Source of the DNA: Minisyncoccota bacterium
Lineage (GTDB): Bacteria > Patescibacteriota > Minisyncoccia > Phycocordibacterales > Phycocordibacteraceae
Assembly (NCBI GenBank): GCA_041664265.1
Contig: JBAYLD010000001.1
Location: 134,358 to 198,357 of the forward strand
DNA: 64,000 nt
Direction of reading: 5' to 3'
Shown here: one piece after another, positions 16,739 to 25,107 of the stretch
Position numbering within the stretch: the first letter of the stretch is position 1
How the letters are laid out: each line of letters opens with the position of its first letter
The notes under the pieces: model-generated
Told to the model about the DNA's origin: nothing
Seen by the model: the letters and a program-made list of their open reading frames with translations, nothing else
Database searches by the model: none
Position numbers and translations under genes: made by a program

Positions 16739-17914
16739 ATGCAGGGTCATAGCGAGCCTTATCGAACTATGATGCGCGAGGTCATTCCCGGAGAAGAACT
16801 CTTGAACAAATCGCACGCCATCGGCCAGTACTATGGTTTTGTCCCGCTCGCAACGCTCACCGGGCGAACACGCAGCATTGCGCGAGTGAAAACAAGCAAC
16901 CCCAGTGCCCCCGTCGACCTCGGAGAGGATCCTATCGCCAACACGGTAGCGAGCTTTTTAAAACAATGTCAGAACATAAACTGTGTACCTTCTCCGCGAC
17001 AACCGACCTTCATCTGGCACACGAACATCGCTCCAGGCCGCCCTGTGCATAAGAAAATGACGGTGCAGTTCCATGCGCTCGGCACAGATCGTGCAATCGC
17101 CGATGCGGTCGTTATCCGTGCACTCCTCGCACTCTCGCGCGACCTCTTCCGTACCGAGACTACCGTCCGTATTAATTCGATGGGCGACAAAGAGACCCGG
17201 GCGCGCTACGCGCGTGAACTTGGCGTCTTCTTTAAAAAACGTGCAAACACGCTCCCTGAAGAATGCCTCGAATGCGCCCGGCGCGATGTGCTTGAAGCAG
17301 CCGAGCTTGCGCTCGCGCGCGGCTGGGTGGATGACGTCCCTTCTCCGACCGACCATCTCTCGGACGCGAGCCGTAAGCGCTTCGAGGATTTGCTTGAATA
17401 TCTCGAGATGACCGAGACGCCCTATGAGCTCGCACGCACCCTGATCAGCCGCGGCAGCGCTTGGAGCGACATATGCTTCGAGATTATGGCGGGTGATCGG
17501 CGCGTCGCGTGGGGTTCGCGCTACACCGACCTCACGCGCCACTTCTTCCCCACTGCGCCCTTTAGCGCGACTGGTGCCGTACTCCAAGTAGCTGGCGAGG
17601 GCGCGATCGTCGAAAAAATACCATCGGTACGAGTGCGGTTCTCGTTCGTCCATATTGGTGATGAGGCGAAGAGGATATCTATTCGCCTGGCCGAGGACTT
17701 CAAGAAAGCGCGCATCCCCCTTACCCAAGACATCGGCGTCGAATCGTTGGCCGAGCAACTCCATCTCGCCGAACGGCGCGAGAGCCCCTACCTCCTCATC
17801 ATGGGCCGCAAAGAGGCACTCGAGGGCTCGGCGATCCTCCGCAACCGCCAAACGCAAGAAGAGACTATCCTCCCCCTCGCCGGCCTCATCGACCGCCTGA
17901 AGGCGTTTGCTTAA
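16739..17914 (+). CDS. Histidyl-tRNA synthetase-like class II aaRS paralog with degenerate catalytic motifs
   Basis: 391 aa. QFHALGTD (compare HisRS QFHQIGxE), WGSRYTDL (compare GGRYD), and a C-terminal HGTP anticodon-binding-like domain (PYLLIMGRKEALEGSAILRNRQTQEE). Motif 1 and motif 2 residues are poorly conserved. Confidence 0.45.
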   Translation: MQGHSEPYRTMMREVIPGEELLNKSHAIGQYYGFVPLATLTGRTRSIARVKTSNPSAPVDLGEDPIANTVASFLKQCQNINCVPSPRQPTFIWHTNIAPGRPVHKKMTVQFHALGTDRAIADAVVIRALLALSRDLFRTETTVRINSMGDKETRARYARELGVFFKKRANTLPEECLECARRDVLEAAELALARGWVDDVPSPTDHLSDASRKRFEDLLEYLEMTETPYELARTLISRGSAWSDICFEIMAGDRRVAWGSRYTDLTRHFFPTAPFSATGAVLQVAGEGAIVEKIPSVRVRFSFVHIGDEAKRISIRLAEDFKKARIPLTQDIGVESLAEQLHLAERRESPYLLIMGRKEALEGSAILRNRQTQEETILPLAGLIDRLKAFA

Positions 17915-18040
17915 CAGAACTGCGAGTCTGACTCGCAGTTCTCGTGACTTGGACATCCGATGTCCAATTTGGTACCCTACTCTCCGGACGCTATTTGCTA
18001 CAGAACTGCAGTTAAACCTAAAAGAAAGAGGAGGTGCATC

Positions 18041-18733
18041 ATGGCACGGAAGCTAGTCACGCAGTACGAGTTTGACATGTTGGGGGCGGCACTTAAACAG
18101 GAGGGGTGGCAAGTTGAATCCCAATATTCGGGAGACGATCCTGAGCCGATAATGCTCAACATTGTCGACTTTCGGCTCGTCCCCTTCGACACAGGGAGAG
18201 TGACCCTCTCTTTGACTCTCCAAGAGGAAGGAGACGGTTTTAAGGAGAAAATCGAAATGGAAGTCAAGAGGGTCTTTGCCGAGGGGAAACTCGGCATCAT
18301 CACTTGTGAAATGCGTCGATTCAGTATCGCGGTTCGAAATCTGCCAAAGCAGTATCGTCCGAACGCGCGTGCAGGATTCGGATATTGGCGCGTACTTGAA
18401 TCGAGAGACTTCGGCATTCGTTTCACACGGAGCAAGGCCGCTGCGCCGGGGTGGCCCCTATACAAGCACCTCCAGCACCACCAACATCCGACGTACGGAT
18501 TTGAGGAACATCAACGCCAGTATGGAAACGGTGAGAACCTGCTTCGAACCCCAGATCTAGCACAACCACGAGCACTGCAGGTCGGCGACAGGCTCGCGAC
18601 GGGAGAACAAGTACTTTCTCCTCCGAGGAGGGGGTACAACAGCTCCGTCCTGATTCATATCGGAGACAAAGAACATAGCTGTTGGATCAGCGTTGCACCT
18701 CGGCTTCCGATTGCCCTGACTCCCCGATTATAA
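18041..18733 (+). CDS. Hypothetical protein
   Basis: Start set at MARKLV after a strong SD aagaaagaGGAGGtg. No recognisable domain. Confidence 0.4.
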   Translation: MARKLVTQYEFDMLGAALKQEGWQVESQYSGDDPEPIMLNIVDFRLVPFDTGRVTLSLTLQEEGDGFKEKIEMEVKRVFAEGKLGIITCEMRRFSIAVRNLPKQYRPNARAGFGYWRVLESRDFGIRFTRSKAAAPGWPLYKHLQHHQHPTYGFEEHQRQYGNGENLLRTPDLAQPRALQVGDRLATGEQVLSPPRRGYNSSVLIHIGDKEHSCWISVAPRLPIALTPRL

Positions 18734-18735
18734 TC

Positions 18736-18782
18736 AAGCCCACGAAAAGCCCATATGCTTTTCGTGGGCTTTTCGTTTTTAA
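18736..18782 (+). terminator. Rho-independent terminator
   Basis: aagcccacgaaaagc ccat atgcttttcgtgggctt followed by ttcgttttt. Confidence 0.6.
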
Positions 18783-18807
18783 CATGGTGTGATAGAGTCT
18801 GATAATC

Positions 18808-19071
18808 ATGGCTGTAGCAGGAACACGAGTCGCCGTAGAGCGCGGGAAGAACGAGAGTTCAACCGCGCTTATTCGCCGCTTCACCCGCCGCGCGCAGGGC
18901 TTGGGTCTTGTGCGCGAGATGCGTGACCGCCGTTATTTCAAGCGAACAAAGTCGAAGAACGTCGGCTTGAAGCGTGCACTCATCAACAAGACCCGCCGCG
19001 AGAACTACAACGAGCTGGTGAAGCTCGGCAAAATAGACCCTGCGGCCAAGAAGGTGCGCGGCAAGCGCTAA
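18808..19071 (+). CDS. rpsU: 30S ribosomal protein S21-like
   Basis: 87 aa, very basic. ALIRRFTRRAQGLGLVREMRDRRYFKRTKSK parallels S21 [27 protein letters not shown]. Confidence 0.5.
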   Translation: MAVAGTRVAVERGKNESSTALIRRFTRRAQGLGLVREMRDRRYFKRTKSKNVGLKRALINKTRRENYNELVKLGKIDPAAKKVRGKR

Positions 19072-19078
19072 ACAAACA

Positions 19079-19558
19079 ATGGGCGTAAACATTAGAGACC
19101 TCACCCGCCAACATCTGAAAGTTTGGGCGGGTTTGCCATTTACAGAAGTGGCTGAAGAGGTATTGCCTGATTGGGACGTCTCGCTTGTCTTTGTAGGAGC
19201 CAAGCGGGCACAAGAATTAAATGAGAGGTTGCGCGGCAAAGACTACATTCCAAACGTCCTTTCTTACGCCCTTGGCGAGAAGTCGGGTGAGATTTTTATT
19301 TGCCCGAGCGAAGCCGCTAAACAAGCCCCCGAATTCCACCTAGCGCCTAGCGCTTATTGCCTGCTTTTGTTTATCCACGGATTGCTGCATATAAAAGGAT
19401 GGGCGCATAGTGCTACGATGGAGGCATGCGAACAAAAGCTCTTGGCACAATTTGCCAAGAGTGGCGCGCACACTTATCCTCATGCCACGACGCATAGCAA
19501 CCGGAATCGACATCGGCACGTACCAGATCAAGATGGTCGTCGTCGAGGAGCTCATTGA
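19079..19558 (+). CDS. ybeY: rRNA maturation endoribonuclease YbeY
   Basis: 159 aa. LLLFIHGLLHIKGWAHS...MEACE resembles the YbeY zinc-binding motif region. The 3' end overlaps the ftsA start. Confidence 0.65.
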   Translation: MGVNIRDLTRQHLKVWAGLPFTEVAEEVLPDWDVSLVFVGAKRAQELNERLRGKDYIPNVLSYALGEKSGEIFICPSEAAKQAPEFHLAPSAYCLLLFIHGLLHIKGWAHSATMEACEQKLLAQFAKSGAHTYPHATTHSNRNRHRHVPDQDGRRRGAH

Positions 19559-20642
19559 TAAACGCACCGGTGCGCGGCAATTGCGTATTCTCGGTACAGG
19601 ACTCGCCGAGTCAAAAGGTCTCCGACACGGCTATATCGTCGATAAAGAAGAGGTCTCCACGTGTATCCTCAAGGCGAAGCAGCAGGCCGAAGCGTCGGCG
19701 AAGGTGCCAATACGCGCTGGATTTCTCGCCATTGGCGGTATCTCGCTCGACGAAGCGCGCGCGACCGGTTCTGCGATCATTTCGCGCGCCGATCAGGAGA
19801 TAACCCTTCTCGACATCGAGAAGGCCGGGAAGGTGGCACGCGAGGCTGCGGCGCCCGGCTTCCTCAACCGACACGTCCTGCACAGTATCCCGCTCGAATA
19901 CCGCGTCGACGGCGCGAAGGTGCTTGGCGATCCGCTCGGTATGAAGGGTATCCGGCTCGAGGCCGATTATCTATTCGTCACATGCCTCGCCCAGCATGAG
20001 GAAGCGCTCTCAAAAGCGGTCGAGGATGCGGATATCGAGATCATCGACCAGATGGCCTCCCCGCTCGCGGGCTCGTATGTGCTTCTCGAGGGCGACCAGA
20101 AGATGAAGGGATGCATCCTCGCGAATATCGGCGCGGAGACAGTCTCCATCGTCGTGTACGACGAGGGCATCCCGGTGTCGGTCAAAGTGTTCCCCATGGG
20201 CTCGGGCCACATCACCGACGACATCGCACTCGGATTCCGCATCTCGCTCGAAGAGGCCGAGCGCGTGAAGCTCGGAAGGCTCTCGGGGCAGATGTACCCA
20301 AGAAAAAAAGTCGATGATCTTATCGGCAACCGGCTCACCGCCCTGTTCTCGCTCGTCGACAAGCATTTGAAGTCGCTCGGCCGCCGCGGCCCCTTGCCCG
20401 CCGGTATCATCATCTCGGGCGGCGGCGCCGGTATCAGCTCGGTGAGCGAAGCTGCAAAGGGATCGCTCAAGCTCCCTGCGCGCCTCGCGGAGCTTCGCCT
20501 CTCCGCCGATACAAAAATCCGCGACGCAACCTGGTCAGTCGCCTACGGTCTCGCGCTCTGGGGCCTCACCGGCGACACGAATGCGCCGAAAAAAAGCCTC
20601 AAGGCGTCAATAGGAAAGTTTTTCCGCCAGTTCCTTCCCTGA
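19482..20642 (+). CDS. ftsA: Cell division protein FtsA
   Basis: Start set at MPRRIATGIDIGT (actin-fold phosphate-1 motif GIDIGTYQIKMVVVE). Immediately upstream of ftsZ. Confidence 0.85.
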   Translation: MPRRIATGIDIGTYQIKMVVVEELIDKRTGARQLRILGTGLAESKGLRHGYIVDKEEVSTCILKAKQQAEASAKVPIRAGFLAIGGISLDEARATGSAIISRADQEITLLDIEKAGKVAREAAAPGFLNRHVLHSIPLEYRVDGAKVLGDPLGMKGIRLEADYLFVTCLAQHEEALSKAVEDADIEIIDQMASPLAGSYVLLEGDQKMKGCILANIGAETVSIVVYDEGIPVSVKVFPMGSGHITDDIALGFRISLEEAERVKLGRLSGQMYPRKKVDDLIGNRLTALFSLVDKHLKSLGRRGPLPAGIIISGGGAGISSVSEAAKGSLKLPARLAELRLSADTKIRDATWSVAYGLALWGLTGDTNAPKKSLKASIGKFFRQFLP

Positions 20643-20703
20643 ACGACAAAACAACGAGTCGCATCTTACTATTGTCAATATTTGCATACCGCGCGCTTCT
20701 GCT

Positions 20704-22005
20704 ATGATGGCCAGAAGCATTATTTTTATATCTATGTCAAAACGCATTGAACCGGAGATTGAGACATTCGCGAGGATTCGCGTGGTCGGGGTGGGCGGTT
20801 CGGGTAAAAATGCAGTGAATCACATGATCGATTCAAAGGTGCGCGGCGTTGAATTCATCGCGGTCAACTCCGATGCACAAGATCTCCACCGCTCGCTCGC
20901 CAAGCGAAAAATCCATATCGGGAAGAACCTCACGCGCGGCCTCGGCACAGGCATGAATCCCGAGCTCGGCAAGCGCGCCGCTGAAGAAACGCGCCAAGAG
21001 ATCCAGGAAGCGCTCTCGGGGAGCGACATGGTCTTTATCACCTGCGGCATGGGCGGCGGCACTGGTACCGGCTCCGCGCCAACCATCGCAAAGATAGCGA
21101 AGGAAGTCGGTGCGCTCGTCATCGCGGTGGTGACCAAGCCGTTTTCATTCGAAGGCGCGCAGCGCAAAGACATCGCCGAACGCGGTCTCGCCGAACTCAA
21201 GAAAGAAGTGGATGCGTTCATCGTGATCCCGAACGACAAGCTGCTCGCGATTGTCGATAAAAACACGTCGGCGAAAAATGCCTTCGCGCTCTGCGATGAG
21301 ATCTTGCGCCAGGCGGTCGAGGGCGTCTCCGACATCATCACGACACCCGGCGATATCAACACCGACTTCAACGACATCAAAGCGATCATGGAGGGCGCCG
21401 GCCCCGCTTTAATGGGCATCGGCATCGCCGAGGGCGACGAGCGCGCTCAAGAAGCGGCTCGCCAGGCGGTCAATTCTCCCCTTCTTGACGTCTCTATCAG
21501 CGGCGCCAAGGGCGTCCTTTTCGTGGTCGCCGGCTCCGACGACCTCGGCATCATGGAGGTACAGGAGGCCGCCAAGGTCATCAGCGAATCCGTCGATAAG
21601 AGCTCGAAGGTCATCTTCGGCATCATGCGCGACGAGAAGCTCAAGAAGGGACAGATCCGCATTATCGTCATCGCGACCGGCTTCCCTGAAGGCGCTTCTC
21701 ATGCCTCTTCGCCCGCGCTCGAGCGTTCGCTCTTCTCGATGCCAGCCGAACGGCATGAAGAAGAACGCGGTCGCATTTATCATGAGATCTTGAAGCGCTC
21801 CGAAAATACAGAAGACGAAAAATCGGCAAAGGGAAATGCAGGAAATACGAAGGACGAGCCCGTTTTGGATGAAACAATCATGGACATGAAAAACGAACCT
21901 CTTGTCACCGCCCAGCCCCACAAGCGTGAAGTCGCACCGATCGTCCCTGAAGACGATGAAGCGTGGGGCGCGATCCCAGCATTTTTGCGCCGCCATAAGA
22001 AATAA
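20704..22005 (+). CDS. ftsZ: Cell division protein FtsZ
   Basis: 433 aa. Tubulin signature GGGTGTG, VVGVGGSGKNAVNHM, VVTKPFSFEG. The start may be the internal Met at 20734. Confidence 0.9.
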   Translation: MMARSIIFISMSKRIEPEIETFARIRVVGVGGSGKNAVNHMIDSKVRGVEFIAVNSDAQDLHRSLAKRKIHIGKNLTRGLGTGMNPELGKRAAEETRQEIQEALSGSDMVFITCGMGGGTGTGSAPTIAKIAKEVGALVIAVVTKPFSFEGAQRKDIAERGLAELKKEVDAFIVIPNDKLLAIVDKNTSAKNAFALCDEILRQAVEGVSDIITTPGDINTDFNDIKAIMEGAGPALMGIGIAEGDERAQEAARQAVNSPLLDVSISGAKGVLFVVAGSDDLGIMEVQEAAKVISESVDKSSKVIFGIMRDEKLKKGQIRIIVIATGFPEGASHASSPALERSLFSMPAERHEEERGRIYHEILKRSENTEDEKSAKGNAGNTKDEPVLDETIMDMKNEPLVTAQPHKREVAPIVPEDDEAWGAIPAFLRRHKK

Positions 22006-22035
22006 AACCCCAAAGCTGGTTTTATTTCTTTCTCC

Positions 22036-22086
22036 CAGCACTCGCTCAGAAGAATGAAATAAGAATTTCATTCTTCGTTCGCTCGC
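22036..22086. repeat. ~51-nt palindromic intergenic element, copy A (in the trxB 5' leader)
   Basis: ccagcactcgctcag AAGAATGAAAT aag AATTTCATTCTT cgttcgctcg. About 85 percent identical to the reverse complement of copy B at 44894-44944. Confidence 0.5.
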
Positions 22087-22116
22087 TTGGTAGTAAGAAG
22101 TGATAGAATATAAAGA

Positions 22117-23052
22117 ATGAACGATTTGATAATCATCGGCGGGGGGCCGGCGGGAGTGGCGGCGGGTATATATGCCGCGCGGAAACAATTAAAAACTCTT
22201 TTAATAACTGAAGAGGTCGGTGGGCAGTCGGTTGTTTCAGACGGTATCGAGAACTGGATCGGTACACCGAGGGTGAGCGGCGCTGACCTCGCGAAGTCGC
22301 TCCGCGCGCATCTTGATGCCGTCAAAGGTGATTTTGTAACGCTCGCGCTCGGCGAGCGCGTCACCTCGCTTGAATCCCGCAGCGGTTTTACCGCCACAAC
22401 AGCATCGGGCAAAGCGTTCTCGGCAAAGGCCATACTGATCGCCTCGGGCGCCGGGCGCCGCAAACTGGATATTCCCGGAGCGGAGAAGTTTGAGAACAAG
22501 GGCGTGACCTACTGCGCCTCCTGCGACGGACTCCTCTTCGCGGGCCAAGATGTCGCAGTCGTCGGCGGCGGCAACGCGGGATTCGAGACCGCACTCCAGC
22601 TCCTCGCCTACGCAAAGTCGGTCACACTCATCCACCGCTATCCGGACTTCAAAGCCGACCCGATCACCGTCGAGAAGGCGCTCGCGCATCCGAACATGCG
22701 CGCGATCAAGAATGCCGAGCCAGTTGAAGTGGTGGGCGAGCAGTTTGTAACCGGTTTGAAATATAAAAACAAAGATTCCCTGGTCGGGCAGGATGGCGAG
22801 ATAAAAGAAATCGCCGTCTCCGGCATCTTCGTCGAAGCGGGCGTTATCCCGAACACGCAGTTCGCTGAAGGGCTTGTCGAGCTTGATACGGTGAAGCGTG
22901 TGAAGGCTGATCCGCGCAATCAGCGCACCACTATCGACGGCATATGGGCCGCAGGAGACTGTACTGATGAGTTGTACCACCAGAACAACATCGCCGCCGG
23001 CGACGGAGTGAAGGCACTCGAAGACATCTACCTCTGGATCAAGAAGCAGTAG
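22117..23052 (+). CDS. trxB: Thioredoxin-disulfide reductase
   Basis: 311 aa. FAD motif IIGGGPAGVAAGIYAAR, redox-active CASCDG, NAD(P) motif AVVGGGNAGFE. Confidence 0.85.
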   Translation: MNDLIIIGGGPAGVAAGIYAARKQLKTLLITEEVGGQSVVSDGIENWIGTPRVSGADLAKSLRAHLDAVKGDFVTLALGERVTSLESRSGFTATTASGKAFSAKAILIASGAGRRKLDIPGAEKFENKGVTYCASCDGLLFAGQDVAVVGGGNAGFETALQLLAYAKSVTLIHRYPDFKADPITVEKALAHPNMRAIKNAEPVEVVGEQFVTGLKYKNKDSLVGQDGEIKEIAVSGIFVEAGVIPNTQFAEGLVELDTVKRVKADPRNQRTTIDGIWAAGDCTDELYHQNNIAAGDGVKALEDIYLWIKKQ

Positions 23053-23061
23053 TTGGCTTTT

Positions 23062-23277
23062 TTATAAATCGATAAATTCTTCCGGCGAGTAACCAGTCTC
23101 CCGTAAAATCTGCCTCAGGAGCCCGGGACCGATGATGTCGTGCAGAGGCACACTCGTTGGCGGGCGGTTCTTATGCTCAAACCACACATGACTTCCCCGC
23201 TGGCGCACAAAACAATATCCGCCACGCTCAAGTTTTTTGATAACGTCCTTCCCCGAGAGCCGCGGGAGACGGGGCAT
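23062..23277 (-). CDS. hicA: HicA-family mRNA interferase toxin
   Basis: 71 aa. LSGKDVIKKLERGGYCFVRQRGSHVWFEH fits the HicA/YcfA pattern. Confidence 0.65.
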   Translation of the reverse strand: MPRLPRLSGKDVIKKLERGGYCFVRQRGSHVWFEHKNRPPTSVPLHDIIGPGLLRQILRETGYSPEEFIDL

Positions 23278-23278
23278 A

Positions 23279-23506
23279 TTAGGCCGCGATCAGATGGACA
23301 CTCACTTGAGTATCGTGATGCGATTCTTTTTCATCTTCGCTTTCAAGGCAAAGCTCTGTCGCCTCTTGTACATTTGCGAGTGCTTCCTCAATGGTTTTCC
23401 CTTGGCTATAACAACCCATAAGCGAGGGGTTAACTGCAACAAAGAAACCATCCTCGTCTCTCTCGACGACAATTGGGAACCAACGCTGATGGTCAAGCTG
23501 TTTCAT
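23279..23506 (-). CDS. hicB: HicB-family antitoxin (UPF0150-like)
   Basis: 75 aa. PIVVERDEDGFFVAVNPSLMGCYSQGKTIEEALANVQEATELCLE. Confidence 0.6.
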   Translation of the reverse strand: MKQLDHQRWFPIVVERDEDGFFVAVNPSLMGCYSQGKTIEEALANVQEATELCLESEDEKESHHDTQVSVHLIAA

Positions 23507-23637
23507 TGGTCTTTAGTATAGAGAAATTCTCACCGCGCCACAATCTTGACAAGGCATATAAGGTATGCTATCCTGCCTACAGAAGTTCTTCGATAGTAAT
23601 TCGCTCCTTAAGGAGCCCAGCGGAAGGAGGGTTGAAG

Positions 23638-24183
23638 ATGGGGATAGTGAAGTGGGTGCCAAATGCCTTGTCGGCATTTCGCGTTTTGGCCGCGATTCTC
23701 GTACTGTATTTTTCGGTTACGGGAGCGTGGGTGGCGGTGTTTGCTTTAATCATCTGCGGGTATCTGTCGGATCTTCTCGACGGGCCCATAGCCAGGCGAT
23801 TCAATGCCGAGTCGCCGCACGGAAAAGCTATCGACCTCACGGCTGATGTCGTGTTCGACGAGGCGATAGTCGGCGGGCTGGTAATGACGAATCAAGTCGG
23901 CGGATGGTTAGCGATACTTGCTGCCGCTGCGATCGTCATCATCAGATTGCCGGGATTCTTCAGTCAACGATGGATCTATTGGTTCGGAACGATCATGTTA
24001 CCAATCTGGAGCGTGTGTATGCTCTGGCTGGTCGGCATCTGCATTCGCGAGGCCTTCGGCTTCCGAGGATTGCAGATTGCATTGATCACGGCTATCCCGA
24101 CCGCTCTCATCGTCGCTTTCTTGAAAAGAGAGCGCATAACCCAGGACGTCAAAACGTTCTTAACAGCGTTTTTCTCGAAGTAA
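23638..24183 (+). CDS. CDP-alcohol phosphatidyltransferase (PgsA-like)
   Basis: Start set at MGIVKW after the SD ggaAGGAGGgttgaag; the ORF track starts at 23473 and overlaps hicB. Motif DLLDGPIARRFNAESPHGKAIDLTAD. Confidence 0.7.
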   Translation: MGIVKWVPNALSAFRVLAAILVLYFSVTGAWVAVFALIICGYLSDLLDGPIARRFNAESPHGKAIDLTADVVFDEAIVGGLVMTNQVGGWLAILAAAAIVIIRLPGFFSQRWIYWFGTIMLPIWSVCMLWLVGICIREAFGFRGLQIALITAIPTALIVAFLKRERITQDVKTFLTAFFSK

Positions 24184-24200
24184 CTGAAAGGAGGTTCGTT

Positions 24201-24422
24201 ATGGCAACGAGGATATTCGCAGGAATAATGGGCGCAGGACTCATGCTTATGGTTTTTGGCGGCCTGAGTGAAAATTGGGTACGAAGCCGAGAATCGGGGG
24301 GAGGGGTCATCAAGGCAATGCGCAAACACCCGTGGAGAACACTTGACGTCGCAGCGCGTTGCATAGTGGCCCTCGCTCTCGGATCTTCACTGATGCTATA
24401 TGCGATACTCGGGCATTTGTAA
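24201..24422 (+). CDS. Hypothetical small membrane protein
   Basis: 73 aa. SD gaAAGGAGGttcgtt then ATG. Two hydrophobic helices. Confidence 0.4.
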   Translation: MATRIFAGIMGAGLMLMVFGGLSENWVRSRESGGGVIKAMRKHPWRTLDVAARCIVALALGSSLMLYAILGHL

Positions 24423-24440
24423 TTCAAAGGCTGTAACGCC

Positions 24441-24479
24441 CAAAAACCCCGCGAGGAAACTCGCGGGGCTGTTGTTTTT
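24441..24479. terminator. Bidirectional rho-independent terminator
   Basis: caaaaa ccccgcgag gaaa ctcgcgggg ctgttgttttta. Confidence 0.65.
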
Positions 24480-25107
24480 ATACATTCGATTTTTGTTTCG
24501 CCTTTCGTTTTTTGATGATGAGATACGCAATGAGCAGTACGATAAGCGCTACGAGCACGACAGGGCCGAATTCGCTCATGAAGGCGAGGATAGGGCGATA
24601 ATTACTCCCAAAGAAGTAGCCTATGATTATGAAGATCCCGATGCCGGTAAAAACACCCGGGGTATTATAGAAGAAGAACTGCCGGTACGGCACGCCATAG
24701 ACGCCCGCTAAAAAGGGTGTAATCCACGAGAAGGGGCCGGCGAGGCGTGCAAAAAAGAGGCTCTTCGACCCGAATCGCTCAAAAAAAGCCTGCCCTTTCT
24801 GGTAGTTGGTATGGCTGAAGAAGCGCGCTTCTTTCCTGAACAGCCTCATCCCAAAATGCTTGCCGATGAAATAGCTTGAGTGGTCGCCCAGTATGCCCCC
24901 TGTGAAAAGAGCAAGAGCGACCAGCCAGATGTTGAGTATCCCCGCCCCCGCGAGGACGGCGCCCGGCAAAAAGAACATTTCTCCATAGATAAAGAAGCCG
25001 ATGCCGATGAGCGTCTCGAAGTACGAACCAAAAAAGAGCACCCCATATGCGAGGATCTGGTGTGCCTCGAGAAATGCGGTAACGGTTGCAATGGTAATTA
25101 TTGGCAT
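24478..25107 (-). CDS. DedA-family (SNARE-associated/TVP38) membrane protein
   Basis: 209 aa, multi-TM. GAVLAGAGILNIWLVALALFTGGILGDHSSYFIGKHFG is typical of DedA. Confidence 0.65.
   Translation of the reverse strand: MPIITIATVTAFLEAHQILAYGVLFFGSYFETLIGIGFFIYGEMFFLPGAVLAGAGILNIWLVALALFTGGILGDHSSYFIGKHFGMRLFRKEARFFSHTNYQKGQAFFERFGSKSLFFARLAGPFSWITPFLAGVYGVPYRQFFFYNTPGVFTGIGIFIIIGYFFGSNYRPILAFMSEFGPVVLVALIVLLIAYLIIKKRKAKQKSNV

Noticed and set aside
16958-17956. 332-aa minus-strand ORF
   Set aside because: Antisense to the HisRS-like gene. It is Arg/Ala-rich and low-complexity, as expected from a high-GC antisense frame.
21409-22188. 259-aa minus-strand ORF
   Set aside because: Antisense to the ftsZ 3' half and the ftsZ–trxB intergenic region. 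It only appears conserved because it reads across palindromic element A.
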